Assembly: GCA_019661945.1 (NCBI GenBank)
Contig: JAIFWI010000002.1
Span: 763-64,762 of the forward strand
Length of the DNA stretch: 64,000 nt
DNA from: Candidatus Parcubacteria bacterium
GTDB lineage: Bacteria > Patescibacteriota > Minisyncoccia > Phycocordibacterales > JAKAEA01
Reading direction: 5' to 3'
In this document: positions 1-8,957 of the stretch, piece by piece
Layout: each line of letters begins with the position of its first letter
Position numbering within the stretch: position 1 is the first letter of the stretch
Notes under the pieces: model-generated
Seen by the model: only the letters and a program-made list of their open reading frames with translations
What the model was told of the DNA's origin: nothing
The model's database searches: none
Made by a program: the position numbers and the translations under genes

Positions 1-1228
1 CACTTGTTTGAATAAGCGAGTGAGTGCCAATCAAAATGGGGATTTCACCATTGGCTACCCATTTTAAAAGTTGGGTCCGGGAGATGTCCGTCCAGCTTTT
101 TGGATTTACTTTGGAAGGAAATTTTTTACAGCCTGATGACGTAATCAAGCCAACAGAAATACCTAAATGGAAAAAATACTGAATAAAAGATTCAAAATGC
201 TGCTTGGCTAAAATTTCGGTTGGACACATATAGGCCACTTGAAGAGCGCCAAATGTTTGATTATGCGGCCGAGTTGTAACAGCAGCAAAGGCAGTGGTCG
301 CAGCCACGGCTGTTTTACCTGAGCCGACATCACCTTCAAGCAGGCGTGACATAGGGTGACCAGAGGCAAAATCTTTTAAAATATCGGCAATAGCTTTGCT
401 TTGAGCCTCTGTTTCTTTAAATGGGAAGCGCGAGGTAAATTTCTGGATATCCTCAGGGCTTTTTTCAATAACAAAGGCCGGACTTTTTTCCATTTCTAAA
501 CGATCTTTTTGTTTTCGAAGTTGGATGAAAAAAACTTCTTCAAAAGCAAAACGTTTACGAGCTGACTCGGCATCTGCTTCTTTGCGGGGAGTATGAATCC
601 AAATCAGAGCCGTTTTTAATCCTGGCAAATTATATTTTTTAAGAATCTCTTCAGGAATTGGATCAACGAGTGTTTCCAGAACTCCTGAAGCAAAGATTTT
701 CTGGATAGCATGGTAAAGCCACTTTGAAGTAATACCTTGAGTTTCGGAATAGGTGGGCAGAGGACTGGCGGCTTCATGCGATTCACCAAAAAGAGAAGAT
801 CCGGCCACAGACGGCGGCGCATCAGTCACTTGAAATTCCGGATTAGAAAGATAGAGGAAGCCTTTTTTGCTTTGGGAAATCTTGCCGGTAAATCGGGCAT
901 AGGCGCCTTCGGGCAACATTTTGGCAATATACGGCTGATGAAACCAAACGACTTGAAGTTTGCCGGTAGAATCCTGAAGTTCGCCTTTTGCCATGGGAAT
1001 TCGGGAGCGAAAGCCTTTTTTTAATTCCAGACCGGTAACCTGACCATAGACTGAAGCTGTCTCACCATGCACTAGGTCGGTAATATTTTTAACCTCGCCC
1101 ATATTGATATAGCGGGTTGGAAAGTAATACAAAATATCCTGGACAGTGTGTAGGCCAAGGCGTTTCAACCCTTTTTTTTGAGTATCGAGCAGGCGAAATT
1201 CTTCTAATATTGTAGAGCCGAGGTTCAT
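1..1228 (-). CDS. recG: ATP-dependent DNA helicase RecG (5' part; runs off the window edge)
   Basis: Manual translation from ATG at 1228 is in frame with MSRLLEGDVGSGKTAVA (Walker A); absent from the ORF track because no stop lies in the window. Confidence 0.93.
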   Translation of the reverse strand, partial: MNLGSTILEEFRLLDTQKKGLKRLGLHTVQDILYYFPTRYINMGEVKNITDLVHGETASVYGQVTGLELKKGFRSRIPMAKGELQDSTGKLQVVWFHQPYIAKMLPEGAYARFTGKISQSKKGFLYLSNPEFQVTDAPPSVAGSSLFGESHEAASPLPTYSETQGITSKWLYHAIQKIFASGVLETLVDPIPEEILKKYNLPGLKTALIWIHTPRKEADAESARKRFAFEEVFFIQLRKQKDRLEMEKSPAFVIEKSPEDIQKFTSRFPFKETEAQSKAIADILKDFASGHPMSRLLEGDVGSGKTAVAATTAFAAVTTRPHNQTFGALQVAYMCPTEILAKQHFESFIQYFFHLGISVGLITSSGCKKFPSKVNPKSWTDISRTQLLKWVANGEIPILIGTHSLIQTS

Positions 1229-1229
1229 A

Positions 1230-2117
1230 TTATAGTATATCAAATTTCTGACCCCTTTTGACTATAAAACCCTCATTTTGAAGAGCAGAAATATTCTTTT
1301 GAAATTGCTCTGAGGTAACCTTAACATTGTTGAGTTCAAGAAAAGATAAAATACTTTTTTGAGTCTGGGGCTTCAAAGTTATAGCTTTCAGAATGGTTGA
1401 GCGAATCTGGCGGTTCGAGCCTATAAAACTTGATTGCTTTGTATAATGCCGGCTCTGTTTATTTAAATTACCATGAGTTTTCTTGAGCATCACACCATAA
1501 TCCATCAAGGCATGATACCACTCCCTAGGATTATTTTTATCCAATGTCTTTTCAACAAGTAACAAGATATCGGCGTCAGCCACGAGAGGTAAAGTGCCAG
1601 AAGCAGGGGAAGGTGCCGCGCGACTTGCAGCTTGCGAAACGAAGCGCGGCACCTTCCCTTGCTTCTTATAAAAATAAATAAAAACCGTGCGGATGTTGGT
1701 TTCGATAATAGGGAAGGGTTTATTAAATGCAAAAGCCATGATGGCGCCGGCGGTGTACGGACCGATGCCGGGTAATTCTAATATTTTTTCGTAATTGGCT
1801 GGAAGTTTGCCATTATATTTTTCGCAAATGATGGCCGCCGCGCGCTTGAGCGCAAGCGCGCGGCGATTATATCCTAATCCTTGCCATATTTTCAGAACTT
1901 TCTGAAGCGGCGCATCTGCCAAATCTTTGAATGTGGGGAAGTGCTCGAGCCACTCTTCATACTTCTTTACAACTCTGTCAGTCTGAGTCTGCTGGAGCAT
2001 GATTTCCGAGACCAGAATCTTGTAGGGATCTTTAGTCTCTCGCCACGGAAAGGCCCTTTTATGAGCTTTGTAGTACTTCCATATGGTATTTCTGAATTGT
2101 CTGGTATTTATCAACAT
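1230..2117 (-). CDS. mutY: A/G-specific adenine glycosylase, short form without Fe-S cysteines
   Basis: ILVSEIMLQQTQ, WQGLGYNRRA, HhH LPGIGPYTAGA, ETNIRTV motifs. Confidence 0.9.
   Translation of the reverse strand: MLINTRQFRNTIWKYYKAHKRAFPWRETKDPYKILVSEIMLQQTQTDRVVKKYEEWLEHFPTFKDLADAPLQKVLKIWQGLGYNRRALALKRAAAIICEKYNGKLPANYEKILELPGIGPYTAGAIMAFAFNKPFPIIETNIRTVFIYFYKKQGKVPRFVSQAASRAAPSPASGTLPLVADADILLLVEKTLDKNNPREWYHALMDYGVMLKKTHGNLNKQSRHYTKQSSFIGSNRQIRSTILKAITLKPQTQKSILSFLELNNVKVTSEQFQKNISALQNEGFIVKRGQKFDIL
1599..1666. repeat. 23-bp inverted repeat inserted in frame in mutY
   Basis: AGAAGCAGGGGAAGGTGCCGCGC (1599-1621) / GCGCGGCACCTTCCCTTGCTTCT (1644-1666), one mismatch. Confidence 0.85.
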
Positions 2118-2173
2118 GTGCGACCATATCCTACCATGATATACTCAATGTATTATCATATAAGTAAAGGCTT

Positions 2174-2281
2174 ATGGAGACCCAACAACCACAACAAGTT
2201 CCTGTAGAAAATAAAGTAAGGAAACCTATTATTTATACCTCCGATCCAGCAGAAGATAATATTTGCGACAGCTGTCAGTAA
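2174..2281 (+). CDS. 35-aa peptide resembling the NrdA C-terminal CxxC tail
   Basis: METQQPQQVPVENKVRKPIIYTSDPAEDNICDSCQ*; compare NrdA end KPHIYRSASGPTDPADANICDDCQ*; -10-like TATTAT/TATCAT upstream and terminator downstream. Confidence 0.85.
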   Translation: METQQPQQVPVENKVRKPIIYTSDPAEDNICDSCQ

Positions 2282-2298
2282 TCAAAAAAATTAAGCAG

Positions 2299-2328
2299 AA
2301 AAAGAGCCTCGCGGGAGCGGGGCTTTTT
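2299..2328. terminator. Bidirectional intrinsic terminator
   Basis: AAAAAGAGCCTCGC-GGGA-GCGGGGCTTTTT between convergent small ORFs. Confidence 0.75.
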
Positions 2329-2351
2329 GCTGATTGGAGAAGTCGTAAGTG

Positions 2352-2504
2352 CTACCAGTCCACGATTTGCTGGCTAACTAGAAAATCGTGAACGAGCACC
2401 TTGTCGCCTCGCTTCGGTTTTTGGCTCCGGGCGATCTTGAGCAACTTCATCAGGCGGACGAAGATTGTGCTGAGATCGGACAGTTCGGAAGCTCGATTTC
2501 GCAT
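2352..2504 (-). CDS. 50-aa hypothetical protein (solo GC-rich gene)
   Basis: MRNRASELSDLSTIFVRLMKLLKIARSQKPKRGDKVLVHDFLVSQQIVDW*; GGAGGA SD; TTGCCT-N16-TAAGCT promoter at 2569-2542. Confidence 0.6.
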   Translation of the reverse strand: MRNRASELSDLSTIFVRLMKLLKIARSQKPKRGDKVLVHDFLVSQQIVDW

Positions 2505-2577
2505 ACGTCCTCCGTGTTGAGGGTTTGCCGTTCCTGAATTTAGCTTAGCAGAAATAGTAAATTAGGCAAGGCTGAGC

Positions 2578-3150
2578 TTACTTCATCTTCAGAATTTGGG
2601 CTTGATAGATTGTGGCGATGACTTGAATACAGCCCATGACAATAAAGAGAGTACTGAAAGGAAATCGGCTGACAATAAGGCCGCCGATGATGATGGCGAT
2701 GCCAGTGGTGATTTGAAATTCGCCGCCGGCCAAGCCCCAAGTGAAACCGGCCCGTTTTCGATCTTCATGCTGAGCATATAAGGCATTCCAGGTTGGCGTT
2801 GAAAGAGCGGCCGCTAAACCAAGGCCTGCTTGAAGTAAAAGTAATTGCTTTGGTGTCTCGATAAAAAGATATCCGAAAGTAAAAATTGCATTCAAGGCAT
2901 AGCCCATAACTAAAAGCCACTCCTTATTAGATCTATCTGAAAATCGGCCAATAATAATGGTTAAGATGCCAGTGACAATAAGATAGGTCGCCCAAGCACT
3001 TGTGATATTTAAAATATCTCCTCCGAGTCTCTGGGTAAATATAGCCAAGAGCGGACCAAACATACCTTCGCCAAGAAACCATAAATTTGCACCGTATAAC
3101 AAAACTGCAATCTTTCTATTCAACTTCGGCGTCAGCATCGTAAAAATCAT
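2578..3150 (-). CDS. MFS-family transporter, single 6-TM half
   Basis: GRFSDRSNK MFS motif A; about 6 hydrophobic segments in 190 aa. Confidence 0.75.
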   Translation of the reverse strand: MIFTMLTPKLNRKIAVLLYGANLWFLGEGMFGPLLAIFTQRLGGDILNITSAWATYLIVTGILTIIIGRFSDRSNKEWLLVMGYALNAIFTFGYLFIETPKQLLLLQAGLGLAAALSTPTWNALYAQHEDRKRAGFTWGLAGGEFQITTGIAIIIGGLIVSRFPFSTLFIVMGCIQVIATIYQAQILKMK

Positions 3151-3181
3151 TTCTCTATTATAGCAGAGTCAGAATATTATG

Positions 3182-3268
3182 CGGAGACGGTGGGATTCGA
3201 ACCCACGAGAGGTTTTACCCCCTACCTCGTTAGCAGTGAGGCGCTTTCGGCCGCTCAGCCACGTCTCC
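3182..3268 (-). tRNA. tRNA-Ser(GCT)
   Basis: GGAGACG/CGTCTCC acceptor stem, CT-GCT-AA loop, long variable arm, GGTTCGAATCC T-arm. Confidence 0.95.
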
Positions 3269-3332
3269 ATTTACTACAGTACAAGAAATCTATCATATTT
3301 CAGGAGTGAATGAAAGGAAGTAGAGTGTGTAC

Positions 3333-3360
3333 TTGACCTTTGGTATTAATGTGATATAAT
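3333..3360 (+). promoter_or_regulatory. sigma70-type promoter
   Basis: TTGACC-N16-TATAAT with extended TG. Confidence 0.7.
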
Positions 3361-3412
3361 GAGTTTTGGAATCAACAAGTAACTGAGTTTGTTTACCAAA
3401 AAAGGAGACGTC

Positions 3413-3748
3413 ATGGACAAGGTAGTTCTGACTGTTGCTGTGCTCGGGCTCGTTGTGTGGCTGAGCTCACTCGTGGACAAGGGCTGCTCCGGCAAGAAGG
3501 ATGCCCCGCCGAGTACACCGCCTGCAGTTGTCCGAAAGCAGCCTGCGGTCAGAATGGCCCGGGTGCCGATCGAGAACAAAACGTCGGTGCCGCAGCAGTT
3601 CGATGCCGAAGGTGTCCCCGAGACGACCATCGCGCCGAAGTCCAAGCTCTACGTTGAATTGCCGGTCACAAAGGAGTTCAACGGCTTCAAGACGGTCCGC
3701 TACAAGATCGACGGCAAACCCAAGAAGATGTCCTGGCTTCTCGACTAG
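3413..3748 (+). CDS. Hypothetical exported or membrane-anchored protein (solo GC-rich gene)
   Basis: AAAGGAGA SD before ATG 3413; N-terminal hydrophobic helix, Pro-rich linker. Confidence 0.7.
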   Translation: MDKVVLTVAVLGLVVWLSSLVDKGCSGKKDAPPSTPPAVVRKQPAVRMARVPIENKTSVPQQFDAEGVPETTIAPKSKLYVELPVTKEFNGFKTVRYKIDGKPKKMSWLLD

Positions 3749-3762
3749 GACACACCCAAACA

Positions 3763-3799
3763 AAGACCCTTATCGTCGCTTCGCGATGATAAGGGTCTT
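3763..3799. terminator. Intrinsic terminator hairpin
   Basis: AAGACCCTTATCGTCGC-TTC-GCGATGATAAGGGTCTT between convergent genes. Confidence 0.75.
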
Positions 3800-3807
3800 C
3801 TGCTTTA

Positions 3808-4452
3808 TTAATGAGCAATACTAAAGGCGATAACGTTTCTAGCTCCTGATTTGAGGAGCGTAGTTTTTGCTTCGAGGATAGTAGAACCAGTTGTGGTGAC
3901 ATCATCAAGCAGAATTATATTTCTCTTTTTTATTTTTTCTGGTTCTAAGACTGCAAAACAACCTTTCAAATTTTTCAGGCGTTTTGATTTTGAGAGTTTA
4001 GTCTGGGCTTCGGTATGACGAATTTTTTTCAATATATTTTTTTCGAGCATAAATGATCTATTTCTATCTTTTGCTTGAAGAGCCGTAGCAATCATTTCAG
4101 TTTGATTCCAGCCTCGTTCTTGGAGACGTTGGCTTGAAAGGGGAATGGGAATAAGCAGAGGATCAGTAAAGCCTGAAAACAAGGCTTCATCGGCTAGGTA
4201 TTCAATGATTTCATCATACAGAATGTCAGCTAAAAGTCTGGCGAGTGTGTTGTTGCCGCGATATTTTAATTCCCATAATGTTTTTTGAACTAAGGGATGT
4301 TTATAATTGAAAATACTGACAATATCAGCTGAAATCTGCTCAAGTGCTTGTGGCGCTTCCGAAATAAAATCTTCAGCTGTCATTTTTTCGATTCTTTCAA
4401 TATCAATAGGTTGAGGAAATAGTATGTCAATGAAATAGTGTAGGAAATTCAT
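3808..4452 (-). CDS. comF: ComF family competence protein (PRTase fold)
   Basis: PIPLS..RLQERGWNQ and ILLDDVTTTGST motifs. Confidence 0.9.
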   Translation of the reverse strand: MNFLHYFIDILFPQPIDIERIEKMTAEDFISEAPQALEQISADIVSIFNYKHPLVQKTLWELKYRGNNTLARLLADILYDEIIEYLADEALFSGFTDPLLIPIPLSSQRLQERGWNQTEMIATALQAKDRNRSFMLEKNILKKIRHTEAQTKLSKSKRLKNLKGCFAVLEPEKIKKRNIILLDDVTTTGSTILEAKTTLLKSGARNVIAFSIAH

Positions 4453-4522
4453 ATATATATAGTAGCGATAGGTGTTAAAAACTTCTTAAAGACTAATTCA
4501 TCTGTGGTATACTACTTTTGTA

Positions 4523-5686
4523 ATGGCAAACTTTTTTAAGAAGCTTTTTGGTGGAACAAATGCCAGTGTATTGGGTATTGATATTGGATCAGCAGCTATT
4601 AAAATTGTTCAACTTCGAAAGAAATCTGGCCAGGCAGTTCTCGAAACATATGGCTCACTTGCTCTTGGACCATACGGTAATGTTGAAATTGGCCGCTCAC
4701 CAAACTTGCCGCCCGAAAAGATTATTGAAGCGCTCATTGATGTTTTGCGTGAATCACATGTCTCAACAAATCAAGCTGGATTAGCCGTGCCCTATGGGGC
4801 TAGTCTTATTTCAGTAGCAGAATTGCCCGAAGTAGCTGAAGCAGAGCTTATGAAAATTATTCCTTTTGAGGCGCGTAAATATATTCCTGTGCCGCTTTCA
4901 GAAGTGATGCTTGATTGGATGATCATTCCTAAAGCTGTAGGAGCGGCCGATAAAACTCGTCAGTTACAGCAGCCACAGCCTCAATCTCAGGCTCAAGCAG
5001 GAGTTGAGCCAGCTCAGGCACCGCCTTCTCAAGTACAAAAAACAATAGAAGTACTTTTAGTGGCAATGCACAATGAAACTATTTCTCGTTATCAATCAAT
5101 TGTCACTCAGGCTGGTCTCAATGTCAGTTTTCTTGAAATAGAAGCATTCAGCAATATTAGATCAGTCCTTGATCAGGGTGCAACAAGTGAAATGCTTATT
5201 GATATAGGCTCAGCCACGACAAAAGTATATATCGTTGAGAAGGGGATTATTCGTACACCTCATCTTGTTAATCATGGTTCGCAGGACGTAACTATGGCTC
5301 TTTCTTCAAAACTTGGAATTTCCGTCGAGGAAGCTGAAGTCTTGAAACGAGGCCTGGTCAAAGTGCCAGAAGGACAGCAAAAGGATGTTGGTGAAGTGAT
5401 TTTGCAGGCGCTTGAACCGCTTTTCTCAGAAATTAATCAGGTCTTATTGAGTTATCAGAAGCGCTATAATAAGGATATTGCTAAAACTTCCATAGTTGGT
5501 GGCGGTGCCCGTTTAGCTAACCTCCTTACTTTTGCCGAATCAAGAATTAGAACAAATGTTGTTCTGGGCAATCCTTTTGGAAAAACCCTAGCCCCGGCCT
5601 TTTTGGAGCAAGTACTCAAAGAAACTGGACCTGAATTTGCCGGAGCAGTGGGCGTTGCCCTAAGGAAACTGCAAGAACAAGGTTAA
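4523..5686 (+). CDS. pilM: Type IV pilus assembly protein PilM
   Basis: LGIDIGSAAIK, IDIGSATT, VGGGARL actin-like motifs. Confidence 0.9.
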   Translation: MANFFKKLFGGTNASVLGIDIGSAAIKIVQLRKKSGQAVLETYGSLALGPYGNVEIGRSPNLPPEKIIEALIDVLRESHVSTNQAGLAVPYGASLISVAELPEVAEAELMKIIPFEARKYIPVPLSEVMLDWMIIPKAVGAADKTRQLQQPQPQSQAQAGVEPAQAPPSQVQKTIEVLLVAMHNETISRYQSIVTQAGLNVSFLEIEAFSNIRSVLDQGATSEMLIDIGSATTKVYIVEKGIIRTPHLVNHGSQDVTMALSSKLGISVEEAEVLKRGLVKVPEGQQKDVGEVILQALEPLFSEINQVLLSYQKRYNKDIAKTSIVGGGARLANLLTFAESRIRTNVVLGNPFGKTLAPAFLEQVLKETGPEFAGAVGVALRKLQEQG

Positions 5687-5737
5687 GTGGAAAACTCGTA
5701 CTAGACCTGTAGAGCTTTGTGATACAATAGAATATAC

Positions 5738-6343
5738 ATGGAGGGTAAATTTCAAACATCATTCATTCCAAAAAAATCTGGAGGTGGTCAGCCTTCGTAT
5801 GTCACGCCTGTCAGGACCATAAATTTCTTTACCCTGACAATTATAATTATTTTTGCCACGGTTGTTCTGCTTTCAGCCGGAGTTTATGGTTATAAATGGA
5901 TGCTTAACCGTAACAATGAAGAAATCAAAGATGAGTTAAGCGCAGCTCTTGATGCTCTCAGAAAAGAAAACATCGCAGAGCTTGGCAGACTCGACTCAAG
6001 AATTGAAACAGGTAAAACACTTCTTGGTGAACACGTAGCTCTATCTGAATTCTTTACGTTTTTGAGTAAATCAACGCTACAAAATGTTCGCTTTACAAAT
6101 TTTAGATACAGCCTGACCGGCGATCAGAAAATAACAGTCAGTATGAATGGTATGGCCAGAAACTTCTCTTCCTTGGCCCTTCAGATAGATGAATTTTCAG
6201 CCACAACATCACAAAAGTATATAAAGGGCCCGGTATTTTCCAGTTATAGTTTAGACAAAGCAGGCAATGTTTCGTTTGTGTTTACTGCTGTGGTTAATCC
6301 TGAGTCAATTTTGTATAAGGAGCTTTTTAAAGAAGAACAATGA
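5738..6343 (+). CDS. PilN-like pilus alignment protein
   Basis: Single N-terminal TM, coiled coil, position after pilM. Confidence 0.7.
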   Translation: MEGKFQTSFIPKKSGGGQPSYVTPVRTINFFTLTIIIIFATVVLLSAGVYGYKWMLNRNNEEIKDELSAALDALRKENIAELGRLDSRIETGKTLLGEHVALSEFFTFLSKSTLQNVRFTNFRYSLTGDQKITVSMNGMARNFSSLALQIDEFSATTSQKYIKGPVFSSYSLDKAGNVSFVFTAVVNPESILYKELFKEEQ

Positions 6344-6861
6344 AACTCTTAACCCCTTTATTTTTAATAGTTTTTGCCGGAGCGATACTGTATTTCTTTA
6401 CCTATCCTTGGTATCAGGAAATTCAGGTACTTCGGGCAGAAATAGTTGAGAACCAGGATTCACTTGATCGGGCAGAAAGAGCAAAAACATCGCTCGCTCA
6501 AAAAAGAACTCTCTATGATACTTTTTCTGATGAAGATAAGGCTAAACTTGAGACATTCCTTCCAGATAAAGTAGATGATGTTCGCTGGATCGTTGATCTG
6601 ACCTCGATTACCCGACGCAATAATGCGACACTAAGCGACATTAGAGTGTCCGAAGACTCGCGAGGTTCAACAGAAAGCCCTGTTGGAGTAGTAACCGCGA
6701 CATATAAAGTCAGTCTGCCATATGCTTCCTTTCTTAAATATCTGGCAGATTTGCAGAAGAGTTTAAAATTTACTGACATTAGTTCTGTTGATTTTGCTTC
6801 GTCAGTCACCGGTACAACGTACGACTACATTGTTAATCTTAAAACCTATTGGTTAAAATAA
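6340..6861 (+). CDS. PilO-like pilus alignment protein
   Basis: N-terminal TM, coiled coil, LP motif, operon position. Confidence 0.7.
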   Translation: MKLLTPLFLIVFAGAILYFFTYPWYQEIQVLRAEIVENQDSLDRAERAKTSLAQKRTLYDTFSDEDKAKLETFLPDKVDDVRWIVDLTSITRRNNATLSDIRVSEDSRGSTESPVGVVTATYKVSLPYASFLKYLADLQKSLKFTDISSVDFASSVTGTTYDYIVNLKTYWLK

Positions 6862-6865
6862 TATT

Positions 6866-7180
6866 ATGTACGAGCACCACACAATAAGTAAAACAAAAGT
6901 CAGCCTCATCGTTCTCTTCCTTGTTGGTGTCTGTATTGGCTACGATCAATTATTTGTTAACCGAGTTACCGCGCAGGAGACGCCATTGTCAGCACTTACT
7001 GTGGAATCATTGAGTATTATTAATAAGATTGAAGCTCTGAAGCTCGATAATAGTATTCTGAATGATGAAGCTTTTATGAGTCTTGAAGACTACTCTGTCC
7101 TCATCGAAAAGGAACCTGTCGGACGTCCTAATCCATTTGCACCCTTTACTGGTCAAGTAAGCCAACCACGAGGGCGCTAA
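6866..7180 (+). CDS. PilP-like small pilus protein
   Basis: N-terminal TM and C-terminal GRPNPFAP motif. Confidence 0.6.
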   Translation: MYEHHTISKTKVSLIVLFLVGVCIGYDQLFVNRVTAQETPLSALTVESLSIINKIEALKLDNSILNDEAFMSLEDYSVLIEKEPVGRPNPFAPFTGQVSQPRGR

Positions 7181-7192
7181 CTATAAGCCCTT

Positions 7193-8938
7193 ATGACACT
7201 GCTAGACGCTCTTGCAGAAAAAAAACTAATCTCTAAAAGCCAGGCTGCGGAAATTCGAGAAGAAGTAGAACGCGGCGACAAAACCCTTGAGATTGCACTC
7301 AAGGATAGAGGCATTACCGAAGAACAAATTCTGATAGTTAAATCAGAAGTGTTGGAGGTGCCGGTCCGGACTATTCAGAATGTGGAGACCTTACAGTCAT
7401 CGGTACTCGATTACATTCCTGAAGAATCGGCCATTCACTATAAATTTATTCCACTCGGAGTAAAAGATGGTGTGCTTGAAGTTGGACTTGTTGATCCTGA
7501 CAATATTGAAGCTCGGGATGCTCTAAGCTTTATTTCCACAAAAGTAAATATGCCCTATAAGGCATATCTCATTTCTCAGACTGATTTTGAGAAAGTATTG
7601 GGGGCGTATCGAAATTTAGCTTCTGAAGTAACAAAAGCTCTGGATGATTTGGATTCAGAACTTAAGGGTACAACCCCTGCCCAAGAAGACAAAGTTTCAA
7701 GTACAAAGCCTGGAGAGGGAGCAAAGGGAAAAGAGAATAATGATGATACAAAGATTGTTGAAGATGCGCCGGTAACAAAAATTGTAGCTACCGTTCTGCG
7801 TTATGCCAGTGAGGGCAATGCTTCTGACATTCACATTGAGCCTATGCGAGATAATGTTCGAGTTCGATTTCGCGTTGACGGCATTTTAAATACCAGTTTA
7901 GTCCTGCCAAATAAAGTTCATGCAGCTTTGGCCGCCCGCATAAAAATACTTTCAAACATGCGTCTTGATGAAAAAAGAAAACCTCAGGACGGACGTTTTT
8001 CGGCAAAAATTGAAGGACACAAAATTGATTTCCGTGTTTCGACATTCCCGACATATTTCGGAGAGAAAGTCGTGATGCGTATCCTTGATCAGGAAAAATC
8101 TGTTAAAAATTTCGATGTCATGGGCCTGACTGAACGAAACTTAAATCTTATTAAGGCTGCTATCAAGAAACCATATGGTTTGATTCTTATTTCTGGTCCA
8201 ACCGGTTCCGGAAAAACCACGACGCTCTATTCTATGTTGAGCCTTGTCGATCGTGAACGAAAAAATGTTCTATCCCTCGAAGATCCGATTGAATACAATA
8301 TGGATGGTGTCAATCAGTCTCAGATTCGACCGGAAATCGGCTACACCTTTGCCAATGGTCTGCGTACTACCTTGCGTCAAGACCCGAACGTTATTTTGGT
8401 GGGAGAGATTCGAGATAAAGAAACAGCTCAGCTTGCCGTCCAGGCGGCTCTTACCGGACACTTGGTGCTTTCAACCATTCACACCAATAACTCTGTTGGT
8501 GTAATTCCGCGTCTCATTGATATGGGAGTTGATCCGTATCTTATTGCGCCGACGCTTGTTTTGGCTGTTGGTCAGCGTCTGGCGGCCATGCTTTGTCCTG
8601 GGGCTGGTAAAGAAATTCCGGTGGAAGGGAGCCTGAGAGTTCGAATAGATAAGCAATTTGAAGATTTACCAGCCGAAATTAGGAAACAAATTCAAATCCC
8701 GGCCACTATACGGGAAGTTGAGCCAACCTCAGAATGTCCAAGCGGTACACGCGGCAGAGCACCTGTCTTTGAAATGTTTGAAATGGATAAAGACATTGAG
8801 CGAGCCATATTATCCAATGCCACGGAGCTCGAAATTTCAAAAATCGTTCGCCAGAAAGGCATGCTTAACATGCGGGAAGACGCTTGGCTCAAGGCTTTTC
8901 GGGGGGAACTGCCTATCGAGGAGGTAAACAAATTGTAA
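7193..8938 (+). CDS. pilB: Type IV pilus extension ATPase PilB/GspE
   Basis: ASDIHIEP, GPTGSGKTTT, LRQDPNVILVGEIRD, TGHLVLSTIH. Confidence 0.93.
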   Translation: MTLLDALAEKKLISKSQAAEIREEVERGDKTLEIALKDRGITEEQILIVKSEVLEVPVRTIQNVETLQSSVLDYIPEESAIHYKFIPLGVKDGVLEVGLVDPDNIEARDALSFISTKVNMPYKAYLISQTDFEKVLGAYRNLASEVTKALDDLDSELKGTTPAQEDKVSSTKPGEGAKGKENNDDTKIVEDAPVTKIVATVLRYASEGNASDIHIEPMRDNVRVRFRVDGILNTSLVLPNKVHAALAARIKILSNMRLDEKRKPQDGRFSAKIEGHKIDFRVSTFPTYFGEKVVMRILDQEKSVKNFDVMGLTERNLNLIKAAIKKPYGLILISGPTGSGKTTTLYSMLSLVDRERKNVLSLEDPIEYNMDGVNQSQIRPEIGYTFANGLRTTLRQDPNVILVGEIRDKETAQLAVQAALTGHLVLSTIHTNNSVGVIPRLIDMGVDPYLIAPTLVLAVGQRLAAMLCPGAGKEIPVEGSLRVRIDKQFEDLPAEIRKQIQIPATIREVEPTSECPSGTRGRAPVFEMFEMDKDIERAILSNATELEISKIVRQKGMLNMREDAWLKAFRGELPIEEVNKL

Positions 8939-8957
8939 GCTGTGGTATACTAAAATC

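Noticed and set aside
616-1024. ORFs 616-822 and 737-1024 suggesting a broken recG
   Set aside because: They are shadow ORFs; the recG start at 1228 is in frame with the helicase motifs
4950-5035. Q/P-rich insertion in PilM
   Set aside because: A low-complexity loop with no DNA palindrome or repeat unit; likely ordinary loop variation
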